64,000 bases of DNA, from contig JACPGI010000004.1 in assembly GCA_016182565.1 (NCBI GenBank), positions 110,223-174,222 of the forward strand, written 5' to 3'. A program made the position numbers and the translations under genes. The DNA is from a candidate division WWE3 bacterium (GTDB lineage Bacteria > Patescibacteriota > WWE3 > UBA101185 > UBA10185). This document shows, in pieces, positions 40,224-49,404 of the stretch. The first letter of the stretch is position 1. Each line of letters starts with the position of its first letter. A model generated the notes under the pieces. That model made no database searches, was not told the DNA's origin, and saw only the letters and a program-made list of their open reading frames with translations.

Positions 40224-41316
40224 AATCCCCTCTTTTTTTGACTTATCTACTCCAATTGACCCCACCGACGAGTTGCGGAAGCAACCGTCGGATACTCCCA
40301 AGGAAGTATTTAATCCAGAAGTAAAAAGTACAATTGAGTATAAGGGTTTTGCTAGAGATACTGAAATAGTCGGAAATCCTGCTTTATTATATTTAACTAA
40401 TTATAGAACATTTCAACAGAAGCTTGATAGCAACCTAAAACAATATATTAAGGAAACAAAATTAGAAATGAGGGGTAAATTATTTGAGTTAAGAAACGCA
40501 CCTCCTCACTTTTGTGGTTTATATAAATCTGCGAAACTCAGTGTTTCTGGAAATAAACTTTTACAAGTAATATTCTCAAAAATACCTTGTAATTCTTGGT
40601 GTTGTCCAGTTTGTAGTATAAGAAAAGCAATAAGATTAAAATACAGGTTAAGAGAGATTATTTTACTAAATGATTTAGAGTATTTTATTACCTTTACTCT
40701 AAATCCCTCTAAAATTCCAAGTGTGTATAAGAATGATACGCACAAGTATATTACAAAACTTTTCAACCATTTTTTAACTGTACTACGAAGAAAAAAGTAT
40801 AAATATTTTCATGAAAATAGTGGTAGGTATTTTTACTTTGATTTAACCAAAGCAAAAGATAAGCTTAAATATGTTTGGGTTATTGAGTTTCAAAAGAAAA
40901 CGCATAACGCACATATGCATATTCTAACCAACCAATATTTACCAGCAGTTATATTACGCAAAATATGGCAAGATGTTGGTGGTGGTACTCAAATGCGTTT
41001 GGAAAAGGTCAAATCTAAAAAAGGTATAAGTAACTACATAACTGACTATTTGGTTAAGGGTATAAAAGATACACCTACAAACTTGAAATTGGGTTATGGT
41101 TTCAAGTATTTTGAGCGTAGATATAGTGTTAGTAACTCATGCACTAAACCTGAAAAGAAAATGAAAGAGTTGTTTAAATTACTACCAAACGAGTTAAAAG
41201 AAAAAGAATTAATGAAGCAAAATTTGGGTTGGATTGTAAAAGAGTTATATAATGCGGATAACGATTATTTCAAAGTTGTATTTGATAGTAATTCTCCTGC
41301 ACCACAAAACTTATGA
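40216..41316 (+). CDS. HUH-superfamily rolling-circle replication initiator (Rep), copy 1
   Basis: motif I 'YFITFTL', motif II 'HNAHMHIL' (HUH), motif III 'YITDYLVK' (catalytic Tyr). Confidence 0.75.
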   Translation: MVEIPSFFDLSTPIDPTDELRKQPSDTPKEVFNPEVKSTIEYKGFARDTEIVGNPALLYLTNYRTFQQKLDSNLKQYIKETKLEMRGKLFELRNAPPHFCGLYKSAKLSVSGNKLLQVIFSKIPCNSWCCPVCSIRKAIRLKYRLREIILLNDLEYFITFTLNPSKIPSVYKNDTHKYITKLFNHFLTVLRRKKYKYFHENSGRYFYFDLTKAKDKLKYVWVIEFQKKTHNAHMHILTNQYLPAVILRKIWQDVGGGTQMRLEKVKSKKGISNYITDYLVKGIKDTPTNLKLGYGFKYFERRYSVSNSCTKPEKKMKELFKLLPNELKEKELMKQNLGWIVKELYNADNDYFKVVFDSNSPAPQNL

Positions 41317-42833
41317 ATACTGATTTAAAATATATTATTTATTGTAGAAAATCCTCGGAAGAAGAAAACCGACAAGCACAATCTCTTGATACTCAAAAAA
41401 CTACACTCTTAAAGTATGCACATGATAATAAACTTGATTTTGTTTGTATTTATGAAGAATCTAAAAGTGCTAAAGATGATAATAACCGAATGTTTTTTGA
41501 TGATATGCTTTCTAAACTTAAATCTGGAGAAGCAAATGCAATATTAGTACAGCATTTGGATAGGTTAAGCAGAAATAGAATTGATACAGGTGAATTAATT
41601 AAGTTATTCCAAGAGGGTAAATTAAAAGAGATTAGAACCCCATATAAAGCTAATAATACGATTTATGATTTGTTTAGTATGGATTACGAGTTTATTAACG
41701 CTATTCATTATTCTGCAAGGTTATCAATTCGAGTTAAAGAAGGTATTGATACAAAATTAAGAAAAGGTGAATTTCCTGGTCCTCCTAAACTTGGTTATAT
41801 AACTGTTAATAAAAAACATACTCCTGACCCAGAAAGAACACCTTTTATCAAAGAAATATTTGATTTATATACTGGTAGCAGAGTTTCTATTGAGATTATT
41901 GCTGATACGCTTTTTGATAAAGGTTTTAGAACTCTAAGCGGTAAAAAAGTATATACCTCTGCAATAGCACGAATACTTCAAGATACCTTTTATACAGGTA
42001 AGTTTTTGTATAAAGGAACTGTTTATCAAGGTATTCATAAACCAATAATATCAGAACAGCAGTTTAAACTTGCTAATGAAATAAGGGTAGGTAAAAGCAA
42101 ACCTCGACCTAAAACTGATTTGGATTTTTTGTATAGAGGTTTTTTAAAATGCAATTATTGTGGTTGTGCTTTAACTCCAACTCTTAAAAAGGGTAAATAT
42201 GTATATTACTTCTGTACCAATGGTAAAAACATGTGTGAACAGCACAAAGATTATCTTGGTGAAGGTGATTTAACCCCTAAAGTAACCAGTATTTTCCAAA
42301 ACTTCATAATTGATAAAGATATGGCGACCAAATCCCTTGAGGTTTACAAGAAACAAACCATACAAGCATACGAAGATAAAGTACAGGTTAAAAAGTCACT
42401 AGAAACCCATGTAGAAGCTTTAAACGATAAGTTAGATAAGCTATTAGATACTTACCTAGAAGAAAAAGTAGATAGCAGTACATACAGCAAGAAACAAACA
42501 AAGATAAAACAGGAAATTAAGCAAATTGAAGATAGAATATCAAAACTTAATAAATCACCAAAAACCACTCTGGAACTTTTGGATAAGTTTAAACAGCAAT
42601 GTTTTTCTCTTGGTGAAGTGTATGAACATGGAGATAAAGAGGTTAAGAAAGATTTGTTAAATTCCGCACTCTGGAACTTTTCTATGCTTAATGGAGAAAT
42701 AGCGTCAGTACAATATAAACTACCTTATAAATACATGAATGAAGCTTCTAAAAGTGGTGATTTTTCAATTTGGCTGGGGAACAGGGATTCGAACCCCAAT
42801 ACCTGGGACCAAAACCCAGAGTCCTACCGTTAG
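41313..42833 (+). CDS. large serine recombinase (resolvase catalytic domain + recombinase domain + zinc ribbon + coiled coil), copy 1
   Basis: 'YIIYCRKSS' catalytic Ser region, 'LDRLSRN', Cys cluster 'CNYCGC...YYFCTNGKNMCEQH'; C-terminus reads through antisense of tRNA-Gln. Confidence 0.85.
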   Translation: MNTDLKYIIYCRKSSEEENRQAQSLDTQKTTLLKYAHDNKLDFVCIYEESKSAKDDNNRMFFDDMLSKLKSGEANAILVQHLDRLSRNRIDTGELIKLFQEGKLKEIRTPYKANNTIYDLFSMDYEFINAIHYSARLSIRVKEGIDTKLRKGEFPGPPKLGYITVNKKHTPDPERTPFIKEIFDLYTGSRVSIEIIADTLFDKGFRTLSGKKVYTSAIARILQDTFYTGKFLYKGTVYQGIHKPIISEQQFKLANEIRVGKSKPRPKTDLDFLYRGFLKCNYCGCALTPTLKKGKYVYYFCTNGKNMCEQHKDYLGEGDLTPKVTSIFQNFIIDKDMATKSLEVYKKQTIQAYEDKVQVKKSLETHVEALNDKLDKLLDTYLEEKVDSSTYSKKQTKIKQEIKQIEDRISKLNKSPKTTLELLDKFKQQCFSLGEVYEHGDKEVKKDLLNSALWNFSMLNGEIASVQYKLPYKYMNEASKSGDFSIWLGNRDSNPNTWDQNPESYR

Positions 42834-42844
42834 ACGATTCCCCA
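42771..42844 (-). tRNA. tRNA-Gln (anticodon UUG), CCA encoded
   Basis: hand-folded cloverleaf: acceptor UGGGGAA/UUCCCCA, anticodon loop UUUUGGU, T-loop UUCGAAU, discriminator G; resembles bacterial tRNA-Gln. Confidence 0.8.
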
Positions 42845-42996
42845 TCAAAATAGTCAAAAAATGAAATTAACTATCGACAAACTGAATTATAGCAAACCAT
42901 ATGTAAAAGTATAAACCTAAGCTACACGTATTAAACTCAGATCGAGCTGGATAACTGTGGTCTTAAGTTATCCAGTTCAAAGATTATGTGTAGGAA

Positions 42997-43557
42997 TTAG
43001 GGTTGGATTGGAGTTATTTTGAGGCTAGTGCTTTCAACTTCACACTTTGCATCAATCGAAATTGCGACCTTAATCACAATCGGCCAACGCTCCCACATTA
43101 AAGTGGTCTCAAAGTATTGTTGACCATCAGGAAACGTTTTCAGCACAGGCCACCGGGTAACCTCAATAGTATCTTGAGACTTGTACCCGTCTCCTACATG
43201 GTACAAACTTACCCATGCTTTAGGTGCACTTTTACCGCACCATTCGTTGGCATCCTGGTAGTTTCCACCGATATACCACCCCAGAGCATTTTTTGTAGCT
43301 GAATATTGCCTGTGAACCCCATCTGTATCAGAGACCTCAACAAATGGAAGTTCAACTGTACCTTCAACTGCACCAATTATTCCGACTGCATAGGGTATTG
43401 TATTCGGAGTTGGGCTATTGAATGCCTCAGCATAATACCTGTATCTGTCCTCAAGTGTTTGCTGGTCCGGCATCGACAACATCGTGGCAATACATCCCGC
43501 CGCTACTAAAATAAGTACCAACACAGTACCAATCCCTTTCAATACATTTTTATTCAT
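42997..43557 (-). CDS. lipoprotein (hypothetical), GC-elevated
   Basis: lipobox-like 'LVAAGC'; ~43% GC vs ~32% background. Confidence 0.55.
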   Translation of the reverse strand: MNKNVLKGIGTVLVLILVAAGCIATMLSMPDQQTLEDRYRYYAEAFNSPTPNTIPYAVGIIGAVEGTVELPFVEVSDTDGVHRQYSATKNALGWYIGGNYQDANEWCGKSAPKAWVSLYHVGDGYKSQDTIEVTRWPVLKTFPDGQQYFETTLMWERWPIVIKVAISIDAKCEVESTSLKITPIQP

Positions 43558-43758
43558 TGTTCCTCTCCCTTGTTACATCATATTTTGATTTCCGGCGAAT
43601 TATATCTTATAGTATGCCAAATTACAATTATTATAGGTCATTAATAAAATTGTTTAATTTCGGGAAAATTTCTAAACAGGATATTTAATTAATAAAAGTT
43701 GGAGTGAGTATTTGGTGGAGCATTTGGGACTATGTTGGAACTAATTCCCTAGTACTCG

Positions 43759-44259
43759 CTACCCATAAAGTTTAATCATTCTATCAATATTTTCACTTAA
43801 GGTATCTAATTCAACCTCTTTTCTTCTAGTATCAACATTGCTAATATCCCATAAGTTAATAGGTTCATATTTTCCCTCACTTGTTTTAGTGAATTGAGTA
43901 CCATAAATCTGTTGTTTTCCTTGTGCTAACAATACTCTATCTTTTAAGTATGCATAGTCACGTTTATTTACGTCCTCCATATTCTTTTCCATTAATTCTA
44001 AATATTTTTCTTGTAAATTTATATCCGGAGAATGTTGGACTAATTTCCAAGATTGGAATGAACTTTTCTTTCCAACCTTACTTATTGTAGGTAAACCAAA
44101 ATCCTTAAGTACCTCTGTAATAAACTTGGTGCTTTTCTCGTCAATTTCCTTCATTTGTTCAAGAAATTTCTCGTCCTTAGAGTTAATGTAATTAGTTCTA
44201 ATCTTAGTATCTTCTTCAAAGAGGGATTGTAATGTTGAAACTAGGTAATTTATTTTCAT
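43759..44259 (-). CDS. hypothetical protein
   Basis: 166-aa charged helical ORF. Confidence 0.45.
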   Translation of the reverse strand: MKINYLVSTLQSLFEEDTKIRTNYINSKDEKFLEQMKEIDEKSTKFITEVLKDFGLPTISKVGKKSSFQSWKLVQHSPDINLQEKYLELMEKNMEDVNKRDYAYLKDRVLLAQGKQQIYGTQFTKTSEGKYEPINLWDISNVDTRRKEVELDTLSENIDRMIKLYG

Positions 44260-44287
44260 ACAATAAAGTGGAACTCTCGCAAAAAAT

Positions 44288-44722
44288 TTACAAACTCAAA
44301 CGAGAACATACTTCAAGAAATTTACTTTTAATATCCTCAAATGCTAAATGTTTAAGCACTTCCTCTTTTGATAACCACTTCAAATCAACAATTTTTGCTT
44401 GTATTTTTGGGGAAGCAGCTAAATTAAAATTTCCAGCGTAGTAATAGGTTATCCCTTTCTTTCCTGCTCTATCAGGTTTTTCATTACCATAGATAAATTC
44501 ATTAGTAATACCCGTATCCGATAGTTTGTAGTCAGTATTACTTAATCCTAATTCCTCAAAAATTTCTCGTTGCAAACCTGCTTCAATAGTACTATCGTTA
44601 TCTTCTATTCTTCCCCCAACAAAAGTCCAAAATGAATTTTTATGTTGTAACAGCAAATATTCCACCCTTTTATCAGGGTTAATTTTATAGATTATTACAA
44701 CTGCACCTTTTATTAAATCCAT
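44288..44722 (-). CDS. Nudix hydrolase
   Basis: Nudix box 'GGRIEDNDSTIEAGLQREIFEELGL'. Confidence 0.75.
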   Translation of the reverse strand: MDLIKGAVVIIYKINPDKRVEYLLLQHKNSFWTFVGGRIEDNDSTIEAGLQREIFEELGLSNTDYKLSDTGITNEFIYGNEKPDRAGKKGITYYYAGNFNLAASPKIQAKIVDLKWLSKEEVLKHLAFEDIKSKFLEVCSRLSL

Positions 44723-44762
44723 GGTGAGATTATAGCACCAACAAGGTTTTTTCGGATATTAC

Positions 44763-45480
44763 GTATCGGTAGTGGTCACCTCCCACCACTTAAATGGAAT
44801 GACGTCCTCCCCGGATAGCACTATGTTTGTCCGGGGTTTCCTTTGCTCCGCTTCTCATGAGAAGTCGTCAGTAACATCGTAACCTAAATCAGAATCATTT
44901 TGCTTACGTATGTATTTGCGTATCTGATCCTCATTGAGCCCTATTGTAGAGACAAAGTACCCCACACTCCACACACCACTATCACCGTACATCTTATCTA
45001 TAAATTTAAACTTAGTTCTAAGGGTGGAACTTGATCTTGATTTCAACTCACGAACTACGTCGGAGATACAATCAGTCGGAGGAAACTCTATTCTCATGTG
45101 TATATGGTCATTGTCTGTATTGAGTTGAAATATGAACCAGGTGGGGTGTGTGCGCAGTGTTTTGTAAAAGCTTTTGACTAGTTCCAAGCGAACATAGGGC
45201 TTTAGTATCTTCCTACCATACTTTGTTCTCCAAACAATGTGATACTGAGTTTGGTATGTGCTATGACTTAGTTGACGAATCCTCATGATGACAGAATAGC
45301 ACTTCGTGCTATTCCCATTCGTCCATGAACTGCGTTCGCAATTCCTCGACCCTTGCTCACTTGTTCATGGTTTGCTGGTATGGATTAGAAAAAGCACACA
45401 CGTAGTGTGTGCTAAAATCCTCCCACTGTGGTGGGAAGTGATTGGATTTCCACCGAAGCATGGGGTACACTCCAACCACT
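44763..45480 (-). mobile_element. IS200/IS605-family insertion sequence (TnpA only, IS200 group), ~0.72 kb; boundaries approximate
   Basis: Y1 HUH transposase gene flanked by GC-rich subterminal palindromes ('agtggtcacctcccaccact', 'cccactgtggtggg'); inserted 3' of a TTAC; GC well above host. Confidence 0.7.
44855..45286 (-). CDS. tnpA: IS200-type Y1 transposase TnpA
   Basis: 'HIVWRTKYGRKIL', HUH 'HIHM', catalytic Tyr region 'GYFVSTIG'. Confidence 0.85.
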   Translation of the reverse strand: MRIRQLSHSTYQTQYHIVWRTKYGRKILKPYVRLELVKSFYKTLRTHPTWFIFQLNTDNDHIHMRIEFPPTDCISDVVRELKSRSSSTLRTKFKFIDKMYGDSGVWSVGYFVSTIGLNEDQIRKYIRKQNDSDLGYDVTDDFS

Positions 45481-46272
45481 ATGGGGATAGATGAAATAAA
45501 AATTCTTAAAAACTTAAATCCTATTGAACTAACACCTGAAAAAGAAATATCAGAACAAACTTGGATTGCACTAGGTAAGGTTCTTAACGATGATAGAACA
45601 TATGTTTTTATTGAAGATTTTAGAAAATCCTATGGTTTACCTAAAAATGGTTTGGATATAACAAAATTTGTTGGTAAAAACTTCAAAGAATTAGGTTTAG
45701 ATAACTATTTAGGAATGGGTTTATCCGTTATTTCCGCTACTCTTTCAGAACGAACAGGATTAGGTAATGCTTTTAACGACCAATTGTTACTACTCCTGTA
45801 TTTTAATGCTTTCTTAGATTGTAACCATTACAATAAATTACCTAGTTTTGAAATTAATTTTGTTGCAGGTAAAGAACAAATATCAAATGCTTGTTGGAAA
45901 TATCCTCATGAAATAGGTGCTATTTTAATACCTGTTTTTGCTAACAAACAAATGGTGCTTGATTGGGTTGGAAAACATTGGGAAGAAACCATTGAAAAAC
46001 AACTGGATAGCAAAATCTACGATAATCCTTTTGCGGAAACTACTCTTCAGTGGAGTAAAATAGCAACCGAAATAATTTACTACAGAGATAAGGAAAAGAA
46101 ACAATTTAAAGAAATATCTACAATACTTTTTGATAAATATGGCAAAGAATATGCTGTTGTTGCTGATGAAGATTGGGCTCGTGCTATATATCACCAATAT
46201 AAAGAACATTTAAAGTTGTGGGAACAATCAAAGCGAAAGCAAAAATCAGCGAAAACTCTTACTCAAAAATAA
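45481..46272 (+). CDS. module-associated hypothetical protein X2 (paralog of 39237-39980); track start 45442 is a TTG inside the IS end
   Basis: homology of N-terminus beginning at ATG 45481 with X1. Confidence 0.6.
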   Translation: MGIDEIKILKNLNPIELTPEKEISEQTWIALGKVLNDDRTYVFIEDFRKSYGLPKNGLDITKFVGKNFKELGLDNYLGMGLSVISATLSERTGLGNAFNDQLLLLLYFNAFLDCNHYNKLPSFEINFVAGKEQISNACWKYPHEIGAILIPVFANKQMVLDWVGKHWEETIEKQLDSKIYDNPFAETTLQWSKIATEIIYYRDKEKKQFKEISTILFDKYGKEYAVVADEDWARAIYHQYKEHLKLWEQSKRKQKSAKTLTQK

Positions 46273-46299
46273 CCTCCTAAAATCTACGATTTCCAGTAA

Positions 46300-46482
46300 A
46301 TGCTGGAAATCAAAATACCCACAAAAGAAGAATTACAACATTTAAAGTGCTTTTTAGAAGCAAAATTCGGTGTTGCTTTCACCAATAGTGAAGTTTTGGA
46401 AAGTTATTACTCCCTAACACACCTTGGTAAAGCAATATATCTGTTTTGTAAACAACAGGAGGTTAAAAATGAAACCTCTTGA
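46300..46482 (+). CDS. conserved small module protein (60 aa), copy 2
   Basis: paralog of 40044-40223. Confidence 0.6.
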   Translation: MLEIKIPTKEELQHLKCFLEAKFGVAFTNSEVLESYYSLTHLGKAIYLFCKQQEVKNETS

Positions 46483-47422
46483 AACACAAGAAGAAATTGT
46501 TAAATATTTTGGTTCACCACTTGAAGAACCTGAACTTCACACCGAGTTATATTACAAACCAAAAATATCCCAAACTGATATTTTAATAAAAGAAATCCTC
46601 GCCAACAAGCATAGCGACGAAAGTCGCATGCTTTCCCCCTTTACTCTACTAGATAGTACCGTCGTAATTCCTCCAGTTATTGATAAGTTTAAAATTGCTT
46701 ATTACCAAACAACAACGGAATATGGGAATTATGTTGATATTTATATTCATGAAAAACCCATAATTAAAGCAAAAAACCTAAAATCCCGAAATGTACGAGG
46801 AGGTAGGTACAAGGAAAATGAGGAAAAACCAGATAGGGGTAACGAATATCGCAGAAGAAACTCAATCAAAGCATTAAACATGATAAAACAACTAACACTT
46901 CAAAATTTCACTAAAGAAAATGTGAAACTGCTAACCCTTACTTTTGGAGATTGTGCTTTTGATATCAATAATCCAAGGATTTGTGACCCCTTATTTAGTA
47001 TTTTTATGTGTAAATTACGAAAGTTATTTCCTGATTTAAAGTATCTAGGTGTTTTAGAGTTCCAAAAACGAGGTGCTGTTCATTACCATGTTTTGTGTGA
47101 TTTACCCTATATCAAAAAAGAAGAAATAGCAGAACTTTGGGGATATGGTTTTATTGATATTAGAAAACCTGATTATGTTATTGGAACTTACTTGTATAAA
47201 TATCTATCAAAGGATTTAAACGACGAAAAATTAAAAGGTGTTAGGGTATATTTTCACTCTAAAAACCTTGAAAAACCCGTTAATAAAACTGGAGTACCTG
47301 CATTTGATGTAATTTCCAGATTTCAAAATTCAGAAATACACTTTACTAACCAGTATACAAATAAATATAATGGGGGTACTGTAAAATACTTACAGTTTAA
47401 AGTTTCTCCTACCCAAACATAA
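46469..47422 (+). CDS. HUH-superfamily rolling-circle replication initiator (Rep), copy 2
   Basis: motif I 'LLTLTFGD', motif II 'VHYHVLCD', motif III 'YLYKYLSKD'; ATG 46469 preceded by 'aggagg' SD (track gives upstream start 46424). Confidence 0.75.
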   Translation: MKPLETQEEIVKYFGSPLEEPELHTELYYKPKISQTDILIKEILANKHSDESRMLSPFTLLDSTVVIPPVIDKFKIAYYQTTTEYGNYVDIYIHEKPIIKAKNLKSRNVRGGRYKENEEKPDRGNEYRRRNSIKALNMIKQLTLQNFTKENVKLLTLTFGDCAFDINNPRICDPLFSIFMCKLRKLFPDLKYLGVLEFQKRGAVHYHVLCDLPYIKKEEIAELWGYGFIDIRKPDYVIGTYLYKYLSKDLNDEKLKGVRVYFHSKNLEKPVNKTGVPAFDVISRFQNSEIHFTNQYTNKYNGGTVKYLQFKVSPTQT

Positions 47423-47429
47423 AAGATAT

Positions 47430-48890
47430 ATGAATAATTGCTTTATTTATTGCAGAAAATCTACAGATTGTGCTGATAAACAAGAACAATCCCTTGAAAC
47501 CCAAGAGAGAATTTGCTTGGAAACTGCAAAGCGATTTAATCTTAGTGTTGTTGATACCATTCTTGAAGCAAAATCTGCTAAAGATGCTGGAAACCGACCC
47601 AAATTTGATAACTTAATTTATCGCATTCGTAATAAAGAAGCAGATATTATTATTACTTGGGATATTGATAGATTAGCAAGAAACTTAACAGAAGCAGGTT
47701 TATTACAACAACTTTATGAAACTGGATTAATAACAAAAATAATCACTGAACATGATATTTATGCTTCTGATAGGGATTTTATGAATATTGGTCATGAGTT
47801 TGTTGATGCTTCTAATTATTCCCGAAAACTTCGTTCTAAAGTTAAAGATGGTACTGATACCAAACTTAAAAGAGGTGAAATTCCGGGTTCTTCAAAAATT
47901 GGTTACTACATAGTTGATAAGAAAATGAAACCCGACCCAGATAGAGCACCTTTTGTAAAACTTGCTTTTGAAATGTATACAGACGGTAAACACTTAAGAG
48001 AAATAACCAAAACCTTATATGAAATGGGTTTTAGAACCAAAAAGGGTTACAAGGTTTATCTAAACACTATAAACAAAATGCTAAAGCGAATTGATTACAC
48101 TGGTACATTTGAGTACAACAAACAACTATATCAAGGAAGTTACGAACCACTTGTTTCAATGGAATTATTTGACAAGGTTCAAAAACTGATTGTTAAAAAC
48201 AACATTCCAAAATCCCAGAAACACTACTTTCTTTACCGAGGTTTTATTAAATGTGGGCATTGTGGTTGCATGCACACTGCTACAACTAAAAAAGGAAAAT
48301 ATATTTATTACTACTGCACTAATTCCAAAAGAATTTGTAAACAGCACCAAAAATATATTGAGGAACAGGATATGCATGATTTATATAGCAATAAACTTTC
48401 AGAACTCCCAATAGATACCGAGATACTAAATCAATCTTACGAGTTATATGCTAAAAATTACCTACAGCAGTATAAAGAGGTGGAAAATCAGAAAACCATT
48501 GTTAAAAAGCAACTGGTGAGTGTAGAAACCAGTATAAACAGGTTAGTTGATATTTATATTAGGGGAGAAATACAACAGGAGGTTTATTCTCGAAAATACA
48601 AGCAACTGGTTTTAGAAAAAGAAACCCTCCAAAACACACTTATCAAACTGGAAACTCAAAAACCTGAAGAAACCTTGGAACTTATTAAAAAATTCAAAGA
48701 TTATTGTTGTACCTTGCAAAACACCTACTCCAAGGGAAACAATGGGGTGAAAGAAGAAATCTTAAAAGCAGTGTGTTGGAACTTTTCAATCAATAATGGA
48801 AAAATCGCTTCAATACAATACAAAAAACCATTTGATATGATTGCAAAACTACCTAAAAATGCTGATTTTGTTCAATGGTGGGCGGTATAG
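47430..48890 (+). CDS. large serine recombinase, copy 2
   Basis: 'FIYCRKST', 'IDRLARN', zinc ribbon 'CGHCGC...YYYCTNSKRICKQH'; terminal 'QWWAV*' codons overlap antisense of tRNA-Val CCA. Confidence 0.85.
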   Translation: MNNCFIYCRKSTDCADKQEQSLETQERICLETAKRFNLSVVDTILEAKSAKDAGNRPKFDNLIYRIRNKEADIIITWDIDRLARNLTEAGLLQQLYETGLITKIITEHDIYASDRDFMNIGHEFVDASNYSRKLRSKVKDGTDTKLKRGEIPGSSKIGYYIVDKKMKPDPDRAPFVKLAFEMYTDGKHLREITKTLYEMGFRTKKGYKVYLNTINKMLKRIDYTGTFEYNKQLYQGSYEPLVSMELFDKVQKLIVKNNIPKSQKHYFLYRGFIKCGHCGCMHTATTKKGKYIYYYCTNSKRICKQHQKYIEEQDMHDLYSNKLSELPIDTEILNQSYELYAKNYLQQYKEVENQKTIVKKQLVSVETSINRLVDIYIRGEIQQEVYSRKYKQLVLEKETLQNTLIKLETQKPEETLELIKKFKDYCCTLQNTYSKGNNGVKEEILKAVCWNFSINNGKIASIQYKKPFDMIAKLPKNADFVQWWAV

Positions 48891-48952
48891 GGATCGAACC
48901 TATGACCTTTCGGATGTAAACCGAATGCTCTAACCAGCTGAGCTAACCGCCC
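48876..48952 (-). tRNA. tRNA-Val (anticodon UAC), CCA encoded
   Basis: acceptor GGGCGGU/ACCGCCC, D-arm GCUCAGCUGGUUAGAGC, anticodon loop UUUACAU, T-arm AUAGGUUCGAUCCCUAU. Confidence 0.85.
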
Positions 48953-48972
48953 AAATCCACTTCGCAATTCTA

Positions 48973-49404
48973 TCATTTAAGTCCAGTAGTGCCAAAGCCT
49001 CCGCGTGAGTCATTTCCAAGATAATCCACTTCTGTTAGAGTCATTCTTTCTACAGGTAGAATTATAAGTTGCGCTATCCTTGTACCTTTTTCTACTATAA
49101 TTTCATTTTTTGTTCTATTTAATACTGTGAATTTAAGTTCATCGTTGTCTCCACAATAATCACTGTCGATTATTCCAATTCCGTTTGCAGGCGTTAGTCC
49201 AAGTTTTTGAGTTGAACTTCTTGATGCAAGTAATGCAAAATAACCACTTGGGATTTCCATAGCTACATTTAAAGGTATATAACCTACCTCCCCTGCTGCA
49301 ATCTTTGTATCAAGTCTTGAATAAAGATCCACACAAGTAGCACCTTTTGTTTTGTATTCAGGAAGCGGGATTGTTTTATCAAATCTTTTTATTTTAACCT
49401 TCAT
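48973..49404 (-). CDS. dut: dUTP diphosphatase
   Basis: 'GIIDSDYCG' and C-terminal 'RGGFGTTG' dUTPase motifs. Confidence 0.85.
   Translation of the reverse strand: MKVKIKRFDKTIPLPEYKTKGATCVDLYSRLDTKIAAGEVGYIPLNVAMEIPSGYFALLASRSSTQKLGLTPANGIGIIDSDYCGDNDELKFTVLNRTKNEIIVEKGTRIAQLIILPVERMTLTEVDYLGNDSRGGFGTTGLK

Larger units (their letters stand above)
39237..42844 (+). mobile_element. integrative module 1: X-small ORF-RCR Rep-serine recombinase abutting tRNA-Gln 3' end (left boundary uncertain, may extend to ~36.1 kb)
   Basis: gene content and precise apposition of recombinase stop region to tRNA CCA antisense. Confidence 0.6.
45481..48952 (+). mobile_element. integrative module 2: X-small ORF-RCR Rep-serine recombinase abutting tRNA-Val 3' end (may include cargo back to 42845)
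   Basis: synteny and paralogy with module 1. Confidence 0.6.

Noticed and set aside
44934-45128. 64-aa plus-strand ORF
   Set aside because: It is antisense within the IS200 tnpA gene.
39000-45480. Direct repeats of the tRNA-Gln or tRNA-Val 3' halves marking distal element ends
   Set aside because: Only 7-8-nt fragments (e.g. 'ttcccca', 'tggggag...ggatt') were found by eye. Serine integrases do not generate long flanking repeats, so the absence is uninformative. A computational search is needed.
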